Of a stretch of 33,959 nt of DNA, positions 1 to 8,238 are shown piece by piece. Position 1 is the first letter of the stretch; every line of letters begins with the position of its first letter. The stretch is from Clostridia bacterium (lineage in GTDB: Bacteria; Bacillota; Clostridia; Oscillospirales; CAG-272). The position numbers and the translations under genes are program-made. The DNA is taken from the NCBI GenBank assembly GCA_017455945.1, contig JAFTLM010000039.1, forward strand, positions 1-33,959, in the 5' to 3' direction. The notes under the pieces are model-generated. The model worked only from the letters and a program-made list of their open reading frames with translations. It made no database searches and had not been told where the DNA came from.

Positions 1-2
1 AT

Positions 3-2168
3 GATAAGGTTGCGGCAGAAAAGGGAATTACAGATTACTATTCCGCAAACTATACGGGTATGGCACTCGCATATCGCGATTACCTTACCGGACCTTATTC
101 TACAGGAACACAGAACGAAAGTGCGGATAAGCAGACATCTGTTCTTACAAGACTTTCTTCCGATTCTTTCGAAAGTCAGATTCCTCTGTACCTCGAAACA
201 TTCGGTACTGTTGAAACGGTAGAAAAGATTCTTTCTATTCCCGTAAACGTAATGACACCTCTTACAACCTTCGGCAATATCAAGCAGATCTATAAGGATC
301 TCTCTCAGGAAGGCGTTGGTATATCCAATATTAACGTCAAGCTGACAGGATATGCTAACGGAGGTATGTACTCCACAGTGCCTTACGGACTTAAGTGGGA
401 AAATGCAGTAGGCGGAAAGAAGGGCTTCTCTGACCTTCTTAAGTTTGCTAAGGAGATCAACTCGGTTTCTCCCACAGACGGAAAGAATTTGGGAATTTTC
501 CCCGACTTCGATTTCGTGTACATCAATGAAACAGGATGGTTTGACGGCGTTTCGCTTCACGATCACGCTGTAAAAACCATTGACGACAGATATATAGGTA
601 AGTCTACGTACAGTGCAACCTATCAGGCACTTGTAAGTGACGAAAACCTTGCAATCTCTCCTGCATATTTCAGCAGATTCTATAACGAACTTGCTTCTAA
701 CTATCTGAAGTTCAGCACAAGCAAGGATAAAGGCTCTGACCTTAATATCTCTGTAGCAACTCTCGGTACAGATCTTAACTCCGACTTTGACGAGGACGAA
801 CCTTATAACCGTGAGGACTCCAAGAGCTTCACAGTTAAAGCGTTCAAGAACCTCTCTGAAACCTACGGAAACGTTATGACAACCGGCGGTAATGCTTACA
901 CATGGCAGTACGTAGACTATATTCTTGATATGCCTATCGACTCCAGCCGTTACCTTGCGGCAAGTAACGCTGTTCCTTTCTCGGGAATCGTGCTTCACGG
1001 ATATAAGCAGTATTCGGGCAGCCCAATTAATATGGAAGGTAACATCGATTACGGAATTCTTAAGGCTATAGAAAACGGTGCATCGCTCTACTTTATCCTT
1101 ACTTACGATAACGCTACCGTTCTTAAGGAAGATCCCAAGCTCAGCCAGTATTGTTCTGTAAGATATGATATCTGGGCAGGCGATTATAACGAAGACGGCG
1201 TGTTCGAAGCAGGCGACTTGGTAGATATCTACCATAAGTTGAATAACGTAACAAGCGATCTTCAGGATAAGCTTATAACAAATCACGTTATGCTTACAGG
1301 TAAGAGAGTTCCCGAGGCAGATGAGCTTGAGGCTGATATTATCGCAGAGGAAAAGGCTCGCCTTGAGAAGGAAGCTAAAGATGCAGCCGATAAGGCGGCT
1401 AAGGCTCGTAAGGAGCGTCTTGAAGCAAGAACCACAGCACTTGATAAGGCAAATGCTTCGTACATAAGTGCTGAGGCGGTTATCGCTAAGATTGAGAGTG
1501 CGGTTGCCGATATCGAGAAGCTTATGGGCGAACTTGTTGAGGCAGAGCAGAAGCTTGCTGACAAGAAGGCTGAGATCGAGGCAAAGACAAACGTTGATGA
1601 ACAGCAGGCTGCTGACGATGCGGCTCTCCTTGTAAGCCTTGAGAACGTTGTTAAGGCAAAGACAACCGCTGTTAACGTTGCATACGTAAATACCGTTGTT
1701 TCTTCTTACAACACAATAAAGGCAGCTTATGATAATATCCACGATATGGAGAGAATCATAAAAGAGGCTGTAGAGTACTTCACCGCTAATGACGAGTATT
1801 CTTACTCCGCCGAGTTCATCGAGGACTGCAAGAAGAAGGTTGCTCCTATCGAAGAGCTTTGCGCACAGATCGATGCTCTTGATGCAAGATCCAAGGCGGC
1901 TTACAATCAGATTATCACAATAGGTGCAGGCGTGCTTGAACCTATCGTTGAAGAAGAGGACGAAGTTGTTGAGGAAACATCTTCTGTTAACAGCAAGTAT
2001 CTTGTTGATGACGGAACTATAGTAGCTGTAACTTACGGCGAGATTGGTGACGATTACAGAACGTTCATTCTTAACTATAACTACTTTACTATCGAAGTAG
2101 AGTACGAGGGTCAGACTTACGAAATCGAAAAGTACGGTTTTGTAAAGCTCGACCACGATAAAAACTGA
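3..2168 (+). CDS. DUF5696-like protein of a sugar-uptake locus. The 5' end lies outside the window, and the protein carries a long alpha-helical insert.
   Basis: The frame is open from nt 3 (DKVAAEKGITDYYSANYTG precedes the first Met at nt 60), so the gene starts upstream. The block NAVPFSGIVLHGYKQYSGSPINMEGNIDYGILKAIENGASLYF and the C-terminal FILNYNYFTIEVEY beta segment match my memory of the DUF5696 family found next to Firmicutes sugar ABC permeases. Stop TGA at 2166-2168. The next gene follows after an AAGGGGG RBS. Confidence 0.7.
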   Translation, partial: DKVAAEKGITDYYSANYTGMALAYRDYLTGPYSTGTQNESADKQTSVLTRLSSDSFESQIPLYLETFGTVETVEKILSIPVNVMTPLTTFGNIKQIYKDLSQEGVGISNINVKLTGYANGGMYSTVPYGLKWENAVGGKKGFSDLLKFAKEINSVSPTDGKNLGIFPDFDFVYINETGWFDGVSLHDHAVKTIDDRYIGKSTYSATYQALVSDENLAISPAYFSRFYNELASNYLKFSTSKDKGSDLNISVATLGTDLNSDFDEDEPYNREDSKSFTVKAFKNLSETYGNVMTTGGNAYTWQYVDYILDMPIDSSRYLAASNAVPFSGIVLHGYKQYSGSPINMEGNIDYGILKAIENGASLYFILTYDNATVLKEDPKLSQYCSVRYDIWAGDYNEDGVFEAGDLVDIYHKLNNVTSDLQDKLITNHVMLTGKRVPEADELEADIIAEEKARLEKEAKDAADKAAKARKERLEARTTALDKANASYISAEAVIAKIESAVADIEKLMGELVEAEQKLADKKAEIEAKTNVDEQQAADDAALLVSLENVVKAKTTAVNVAYVNTVVSSYNTIKAAYDNIHDMERIIKEAVEYFTANDEYSYSAEFIEDCKKKVAPIEELCAQIDALDARSKAAYNQIITIGAGVLEPIVEEEDEVVEETSSVNSKYLVDDGTIVAVTYGEIGDDYRTFILNYNYFTIEVEYEGQTYEIEKYGFVKLDHDKN

Positions 2169-2186
2169 GAAAGGGGGCAATAAAAA

Positions 2187-3149
2187 ATGACAAATTCAGA
2201 AAAAATAACCGCGAAGCCGGTTAAAAAAAGAAAAGGTGCCTCCCTTGACAGAAAAAAGGCAAGAGCCGGATGGGTGTTCGTACTGCCCTTTATAATCGGT
2301 CTTGTAGTGGTATACCTGCCAATTATTTGGACATCACTTAAGCTTAGCTTCCACCAGATGGTTGTACAGCAAGGCGGTGGTTATGAGCTTGAGTGGGTAG
2401 GATTTGAAAACTACCAGGAAGCCTGGTTTGGCGGTTCCAACTTTATCGAGACCTTGATACTTGGTATTAAGAACCTCGCATTTGAAATCCCCGCAATTAT
2501 TATCTTCTCGCTCTTTATGGCTATTCTTCTTAACCAGAAGATGGCGGGCAGAGGTGTGTTCCGTGCTATATTCTTTATCCCCGTTATCCTTTCAACAGGT
2601 CTTATGGAATCTATCGATGCACAGAACTCTTTTGCCTCAATGATGGAGTCAACAGGAGATATGTCGAACTCGGGTTCAAGTGCATCGGCAGAAATAGTAA
2701 ACGCACTTGATATTTAAGCACTGTTCGCTAATATGAAGGTCGGTACAGAGCTTGTTCAGTACGTTACCGATATGATTAATAACATCTACGGTATCGTAAA
2801 CCGCTCGGGTGTACAGATGCTTATATTCCTTGCAGGTCTTCAGTCAATTTCTCCCGCAATTTACGAGTCTTGTTCTATAGACGGTGCTACTGCGTGGGAA
2901 ACCTTCTGGAAGATAACGCTACCGATGATAAGCCCGATGATCTTGGTAAATGCGGTTTATACCATTATAGACGCATTTACAACAGAATCCAACGTGGTTA
3001 TGAGAGTGGTATTGAATCCCAATGTTCAGGGAAGCCCTATGGGCGTAGGTTCTGCAATGGGATGGACCTACTTCTTGGTCGTTGCGTTGATATTGGCGGC
3101 GGTTGCCGGACTTATGTCGGCATTCGTCTTCTACCAGAAAAAGAAATAA
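2187..3149 (+). pseudogene. Carbohydrate ABC transporter permease (MalF/UgpA type) interrupted by an in-frame TAA at 2715-2717. The fragments are 2187-2717 and 2733-3149.
   Basis: Both ORF fragments are in the same frame, separated only by TAA plus 5 sense codons (ALFAN). The N fragment has the basic N-terminus and the first transmembrane (TM) helices. The C fragment carries the EAA-loop signature LAGLQSISPAIYESCSIDGATAWETFWKITLPM. There is no Shine-Dalgarno sequence before the ATG at 2733. Confidence 0.75.
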
Positions 3150-3161
3150 GGAGGTGTTTAT

Positions 3162-4229
3162 ATGAATATTCAGGAACAACCTAAGGTTGCAAAAGAAACA
3201 AAAAAGAAGATTCGCGTAGAATTTGAAAGAACACCTCTTAAAGAAAGACTTAAAGCAAAGTTTTTGTCTCTCTTCTTCTTGAAGAAGGTAACGTGGTTTA
3301 TATTCAGACTTACACTTCTTGTGGGAATTTCCTACGTAGTTCTGTTCCCGTTCTTCTCTAAGATAGCAGGTTCGCTTATGCATCCCGATGACCTTCTGGA
3401 TGCAACCGTAAGAATTATTCCCAAGCACTTTACGCTTGATATATACAAATATATAATTCTTGAAAACGGATATTTTGAGGCTTTGAAGAATACGTTTACA
3501 CTTTCTTTGAGTACCGCGATTATCCAGACGTTTATATGTTGTATTATCGCTTACGGTCTTGCAAAGTTCAAGTTCAGAGGAAATCAAGCGGTGTTTATCG
3601 CAGTTATTATAACAATGCTTATTCCCCGTGAGATTCTTAACTTCTCTTACAGTTTGAACTTTACGTATTTCGATGTGTTCGGTATTTTCGGATTGCTTTC
3701 AAATATCGGAATTTTGCCTGATTCCTGGGCACACGGTATAAACTTTATGAACTCCGACTGGCCGCTGATGATTCTTTCGTTCACAGGCTTGGCGTTCAAG
3801 AACGGTCTTTACATCTTTATGCTCAGACAGTTCTTCTGCGGCGTTCCCGATGAACTTGAAGAGTCTGCATATATCGACGGTTCGGGTGTTTACCGTACGT
3901 TCGTACAGATTATTCTTCCTCTTTCCATTCCTATGATGGTAACAGTATTTATGTTCGCATTCTGCTGGCAGTGGACAGATGACTTCTATACGACGTTGTT
4001 CTACGGAGGTAAAGGAAATCTCCTTATGCCCGATATAATCCAGGAAACTCCCGAGACACTTAATATCATGATTAAGGAAGATAACTACGCTGCGGTAAGA
4101 GGTATTTATACGGCGTCTGTAAAGAATACGTGTGGTATCCTTATCATAGCTCCGCTGATTGTGCTTTACGCATTCGGTCAGAAGTTCCTTGTTCAAGGTA
4201 TCGAGCGTTCCGGACTTACTGCGGATTAA
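3162..4229 (+). CDS. Carbohydrate ABC transporter permease (MalG/UgpE type) with an extended basic N-terminus.
   Basis: RBS AGGAGG lies 7 nt upstream. The protein is multi-pass hydrophobic, with the EAA-like loop ESAYIDGSGVYRTFVQIILPLSIPM. It is adjacent to the other permease. Confidence 0.85.
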   Translation: MNIQEQPKVAKETKKKIRVEFERTPLKERLKAKFLSLFFLKKVTWFIFRLTLLVGISYVVLFPFFSKIAGSLMHPDDLLDATVRIIPKHFTLDIYKYIILENGYFEALKNTFTLSLSTAIIQTFICCIIAYGLAKFKFRGNQAVFIAVIITMLIPREILNFSYSLNFTYFDVFGIFGLLSNIGILPDSWAHGINFMNSDWPLMILSFTGLAFKNGLYIFMLRQFFCGVPDELEESAYIDGSGVYRTFVQIILPLSIPMMVTVFMFAFCWQWTDDFYTTLFYGGKGNLLMPDIIQETPETLNIMIKEDNYAAVRGIYTASVKNTCGILIIAPLIVLYAFGQKFLVQGIERSGLTAD

Positions 4230-4256
4230 TCTTAACTTTGTTGAAAAAACAATATA

Positions 4257-4286
4257 TCAAGCCATCGCGTATGCGGTGGCTTGATG
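4257..4286 (+). other. Intercistronic stem-loop between the permease and DUF4091-like genes, with no T-run.
   Basis: ATCAAGCCATCGC / GCGGTGGCTTGAT forms a 13-bp stem with one G-U pair and a GTAT loop. It is followed by GTGTAAACGGAGG (the RBS of the next gene) rather than a U tract. Confidence 0.4.
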
Positions 4287-4303
4287 TGTAAACGGAGGTT
4301 TTT

Positions 4304-5953
4304 ATGGCAATTAAAATTCTGACGTCAATGGAGAAATGCTTTCTCGACGAAAAAATTTGTGATAAAAAAGAAAAGAACAGCTTTGTAATGTTCAAAAATG
4401 AAAAGCTGTCGTTTCAAGTAGCGTATTCGTTTGAAGGCGTATATAATGCCCTTGTCTCTGTAAAATTGGAGGGAAGCCTGGCTCAGTATGCCAATATCAG
4501 GCAGGTTGTGCCGGTGCCTGTAGCATATCCGGTGAGAAACGATACCAAATGTAACTCCGATTGCCTGCGTAATACACCGGGGCTTTACCCCGACGTTATC
4601 CGCCCATTGCATTATAACGGTCAGATAAAAGTTATTGAGAATCAGTTGCAAACTCTGATGATAGACGTAAAGCTTCCCCAAAACGCTGAAATAAGCGATG
4701 GTAATCTTGTGATTACGCTTGTAGGCAATACCTTTTCCGAAAGTGCGGAAGCTAAAATTCATATCGTAAACGCAGAGCTTCCGCCACAGAAGCTTATTCA
4801 TACAGAGTGGTTTTATACCGACTGTATAGCCGAGGCTTATCATACCGAAGCTTTTTCGGAGAAGCATTGGAAATATATAGAAAGCTTTGTGAAAACAGCG
4901 GTTGATAACGGAATAAATATGATATTAACCCCCGTTTTTACCCCCGAACTTGATACCTATATCGGCGGAGAACGTATGACAACACAGCTTGTTGACATCA
5001 CGGTGGAATCCGAAGATAAATACAGCTTTGGTTTCAGTAAGCTTGACAGATGGATAGATATGTGCCTCAGATTGGGCGTGGAATATTTTGAAATTCCTCA
5101 CTTCTTTACGCAATGGGGAGCAAAAAGTGCACCTAAATTTGTAGCAAAGGTAAACGGCAGAAAAAAGAAAATTTTCGGTTGGGAAACCGACTCGATGGGA
5201 AATGAGTATAAAAACTTTCTTTCGCAGTTTATTCCTGCTCTCGTTGGCTTTTTGAAGGAAAAAGGCGTGGATAAAAATTGCTACTACCACGTTTCTGATG
5301 AGCCTAATATGAATAATCTTGAACAGTATAAAGCCTGCAAAGAGCTTATAGCACCATACCTTAAGGAGTATAATATTATTGACGCACTGTCTCACGTGGA
5401 GTTTTACGATACAGGCGTGTTGGAAAATCCGATTCCAAGTATTCATAAAATAGAAGATTTTATAGAGCGAAAAATTCCCGATTTGTGGGCTTACTATTGC
5501 GGATTCGGTATAACTACAGAATCACAGCGAATGATAGCACAAAGCTCTTTCAGAACTCGAATTTTGGGAGTACAGCTTTATAAATATAATATAGTTGGCT
5601 TCTTGCACTGGGGCTATAATTTCTATCATAATCAAAGATCTTACGATTATGTGGACCCGTTCGGTTGCACCGACGCGGAATACTTCGCACCCTCAGGCGA
5701 CGGATTTTTGGTGTATCCCGGAACCGACGGCGAGGCGTGGGAATCACTCCGCCTTAATTCTATGAGAGAAGCAATGGACGATATCCGAGCATTGGAACTT
5801 TGTGAGTCGATTTGCGGCAAAGAGGCTGTTGATAAGCTGATATCGGAAGGCGTAGACGGCGAGCTTACATTTAAAAATTATCCCAGAAACAACGATTACC
5901 TTATAGAACTTCGTGAAAAAGTTGCACTCGCAATAGATGCTAAGTTAAAATAA
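4304..5953 (+). CDS. DUF4091-domain protein (glycoside-hydrolase-like). No signal peptide, so probably cytoplasmic.
   Basis: RBS GGAGG is upstream. The N-terminal SMEKCFLDE start and the YHVSDEP motif recall the DUF4091 family. It is co-oriented with the permeases. Confidence 0.6.
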   Translation: MAIKILTSMEKCFLDEKICDKKEKNSFVMFKNEKLSFQVAYSFEGVYNALVSVKLEGSLAQYANIRQVVPVPVAYPVRNDTKCNSDCLRNTPGLYPDVIRPLHYNGQIKVIENQLQTLMIDVKLPQNAEISDGNLVITLVGNTFSESAEAKIHIVNAELPPQKLIHTEWFYTDCIAEAYHTEAFSEKHWKYIESFVKTAVDNGINMILTPVFTPELDTYIGGERMTTQLVDITVESEDKYSFGFSKLDRWIDMCLRLGVEYFEIPHFFTQWGAKSAPKFVAKVNGRKKKIFGWETDSMGNEYKNFLSQFIPALVGFLKEKGVDKNCYYHVSDEPNMNNLEQYKACKELIAPYLKEYNIIDALSHVEFYDTGVLENPIPSIHKIEDFIERKIPDLWAYYCGFGITTESQRMIAQSSFRTRILGVQLYKYNIVGFLHWGYNFYHNQRSYDYVDPFGCTDAEYFAPSGDGFLVYPGTDGEAWESLRLNSMREAMDDIRALELCESICGKEAVDKLISEGVDGELTFKNYPRNNDYLIELREKVALAIDAKLK

Positions 5954-5955
5954 AT

Positions 5956-5988
5956 AAGTGCCGACTCGTTTGAGTCGGCACTTGTTTT
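5956..5988. terminator. Bidirectional rho-independent terminator between the convergent DUF4091-like and membrane-protein genes.
   Basis: Perfect 12-bp stem AAGTGCCGACTC / GAGTCGGCACTT with loop GTTT. A TTTT run follows on the + strand and an A/T-rich run on the - strand. Confidence 0.85.
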
Positions 5989-7528
5989 ATGAAAGCATAT
6001 ATTTGTAATCCATTTCTTCGGCAATGTCGTTGAGCGTCGAAATAAAATAAACTGTAAATATGATATATACTATAAATTCAACTACCCAAATATACAAAAG
6101 CCACTTTACCCGTTCGGTGGATCTGACAAGAAGTGCGTAGGTGATACTGCTTGCACCCGCAAATCCCGCAAGTATGCCGGTTATGATAAGTCTCTTTTTT
6201 AACATAGCGTGGATGTATTTTATCTTTTCTTCAGCATAAAAATTACCGCTGCTTATAGGTGCAAATCCTGTGTTTTCTTTGATTATTTTTGACAGTATGG
6301 GAAGTATGGAAATAATCATAAGCACGAAGAGTACCGAATCTACCAGTCTGAATCTTGTAAGCTCAACAAAAGCATTGTAGGCTTCGGGAATAAAATAGGA
6401 TTTTGACAGAGTGTGTTCTGTGAAAAATGCCCTGTTTTTAATGTAGACTAACAACGAGCTGGCAAAATATCCGCCGGTGAAAATGTAGCTTATAAGCGGC
6501 ACTTTGCCTATTCTGCCAACCACAATAAGCATTCCAAACAAAATGATCGGTGAAATAAAGTCGGGTAATATGCTGGAATTGTCAATGTAAAAGTCAATGT
6601 TAAATGCGATTGCTACAGAGAGAAATGCGAATGCAATTTTTATATACCGCTGTGTAAAGAGGAAAGTTTTTGGGGTTACCTCTGCGGTGTATTTCTCAGA
6701 AAGCTCGTTGATGAACGGCTTGTCTTTTATTATGGAGCGAATGTAGCGGATGAACTTGAAAAGCCATACAAAGCTAAGCGGGATAAGTATCATCAGCGAC
6801 AGTGCTCGGAATGCGTCAACAAATTTTGAATAGTCTATATAGTATGGCGATTCGACCAATCCGAGAATTTCGGGGGCAAAGGTTATTGCAGGCTTGAGAC
6901 AAACAAAAAGGAACGTGAATTTTGCAATCTTTTCCGTAGCATTTTTGCGGGGTCTCGGAGCTTTGGGGGCAGAATGTACTTTTTCTTTTTTTACGATGTT
7001 TTTTTGTGTGGCAGGATTTGTACCGTGCTTTGCTTTCTTTTCTTTTCGCTTTTGATTGAATTTTCGTATAGTGTTCGCCGTTTCTTTAAAAAGTTTTTTT
7101 AAGAAATTAGGAATCTTTCGCTCTGTAATTCTGAAAATCGCGGTGGATTCGTGTCTGGAGCCGAGATATATAAACCCTTCAAAAAAAGCCTTGTAAGCGG
7201 GAATCAAAAAGATTATCTCGAGTATACCGAACGTGAAACAGAACAGCATCAAAGCCGCGTCTTGTTCATCGTGAGTAAGGAACCCGAAAACAAACAAAAC
7301 CGAAAGAGCTTGAGCCAAACTGACGATAATGAGCTTTTTAAAGTTCCGTGCAGCCTCTTCAAAGTGATAGTTCAAGTCGGAAAGCTGATATATTCCCCAC
7401 AGTAAGAAAGCATAACCGATGAAGTCAGGAAGGAGGTCTATTATAACAAAATTGGGGTTGAACAGGAAAAGTGCGGCAATAAAAAGCTTGCCCATTCCAA
7501 GGTTCTTTTTGACTCTTCCTATTTTCAT
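5987..7528 (-). CDS. Uncharacterised polytopic membrane protein (513 aa) with a Lys-rich central cytosolic linker. Last gene of the secA operon.
   Basis: RBS AGAGGTG lies 7 nt upstream of the ATG, and the start is 12 nt after the stop of the preceding gene. There are about 12 hydrophobic helices. The linker KKLFKETANTIRKFNQKRKEKKAKHG...PRPRKNATEK spans aa 138-200. Confidence 0.75.
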   Translation of the reverse strand: MKIGRVKKNLGMGKLFIAALFLFNPNFVIIDLLPDFIGYAFLLWGIYQLSDLNYHFEEAARNFKKLIIVSLAQALSVLFVFGFLTHDEQDAALMLFCFTFGILEIIFLIPAYKAFFEGFIYLGSRHESTAIFRITERKIPNFLKKLFKETANTIRKFNQKRKEKKAKHGTNPATQKNIVKKEKVHSAPKAPRPRKNATEKIAKFTFLFVCLKPAITFAPEILGLVESPYYIDYSKFVDAFRALSLMILIPLSFVWLFKFIRYIRSIIKDKPFINELSEKYTAEVTPKTFLFTQRYIKIAFAFLSVAIAFNIDFYIDNSSILPDFISPIILFGMLIVVGRIGKVPLISYIFTGGYFASSLLVYIKNRAFFTEHTLSKSYFIPEAYNAFVELTRFRLVDSVLFVLMIISILPILSKIIKENTGFAPISSGNFYAEEKIKYIHAMLKKRLIITGILAGFAGASSITYALLVRSTERVKWLLYIWVVEFIVYIIFTVYFISTLNDIAEEMDYKYMLS

Positions 7529-7540
7529 GACATCACCTCT

Positions 7541-8230
7541 TTATTTTTTCTTGCGTTTTTTGTGCGTAGGAATATTTGAACTTGTCTTAGGGGCAGATTG
7601 TGCATCTCTTTTTTTTCTGCGTTCTGCCTCTCGCTCCTCTTGACGGCGTCTGAATTCGTTTATAAATTCAAACCGTGATGGCTTTTGCGGTGCGTCAACG
7701 TCTTCGGGTGCACATATTTTGTGGAAGCACTTGAATATGAGAATAAGTGTAAATACAGGGAAGAGCAGACGCATCATCGACACCGTGATGGTGAGCTGTT
7801 GGTTGCCGAAATTGAAGAAAAGTGCCAGCACCAACGATACCATTTCAACGGCAAATGAGATAAGAATGAATATAAAATTTGTTTTTGCCATAGCTATTAC
7901 GTCGGGTAGGTCGGTGTCTTTTCCCAACGACGCGATGGAAATAAACATAAAACAATGAAACAGTGTGCGTGCACTCAACGTGACTAACGTGATTATACCG
8001 TCCCACACGCCCCAGCTTCCCGTAAAGAACTGAATTGCCTCACAGAGTGCACAGAGCGATATAACGATGAGCGGAAATACTGCACGCCAAAGGCTGTGTT
8101 TGTATTCGGATATCTTCTGTAAAGCTAAAAATATAACGTAACAGCCGATGAGCGAAAACAGAAAGCCGTAGCTGTTCAGTGACATCAAAAACGCACTGAG
8201 ATAGCCGAAGAAAAGTAATCCAAATCCCAT
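7541..8230 (-). CDS. Uncharacterised 6-TM membrane protein (229 aa) with a highly basic C-terminal tail. Translationally coupled to secA.
   Basis: The ATG is 8 nt after the secA TGA, and a GAGG overlaps the secA stop. There are six hydrophobic segments. The tail is RRRQEEREAERRKKRDAQSAPKTSSNIPTHKKRKKK. Confidence 0.7.
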   Translation of the reverse strand: MGFGLLFFGYLSAFLMSLNSYGFLFSLIGCYVIFLALQKISEYKHSLWRAVFPLIVISLCALCEAIQFFTGSWGVWDGIITLVTLSARTLFHCFMFISIASLGKDTDLPDVIAMAKTNFIFILISFAVEMVSLVLALFFNFGNQQLTITVSMMRLLFPVFTLILIFKCFHKICAPEDVDAPQKPSRFEFINEFRRRQEEREAERRKKRDAQSAPKTSSNIPTHKKRKKK

Positions 8231-8238
8231 ATCAAACC

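Noticed and set aside
1283-1564. A 93-aa minus-strand ORF rich in Ala/Ser.
   Set aside because: It is the antisense reading of the GCN/AAG/GAG-rich coiled-coil-coding region of the DUF5696-like gene, so it is a compositional artefact.
2715-2717. The in-frame TAA in the permease as evidence of stop-codon reassignment.
   Set aside because: TAA is used as the genuine terminator of adjacent well-delimited genes (3147-3149, 4227-4229, 5951-5953, 21881-21883). No other gene in the window contains an internal TAA. A point mutation or a sequencing error is far more likely.
2919-3587. A 222-aa minus-strand ORF spanning the junction of the two permease genes.
   Set aside because: It overlaps two well-supported sense genes, has no RBS, and gives a low-complexity basic translation.
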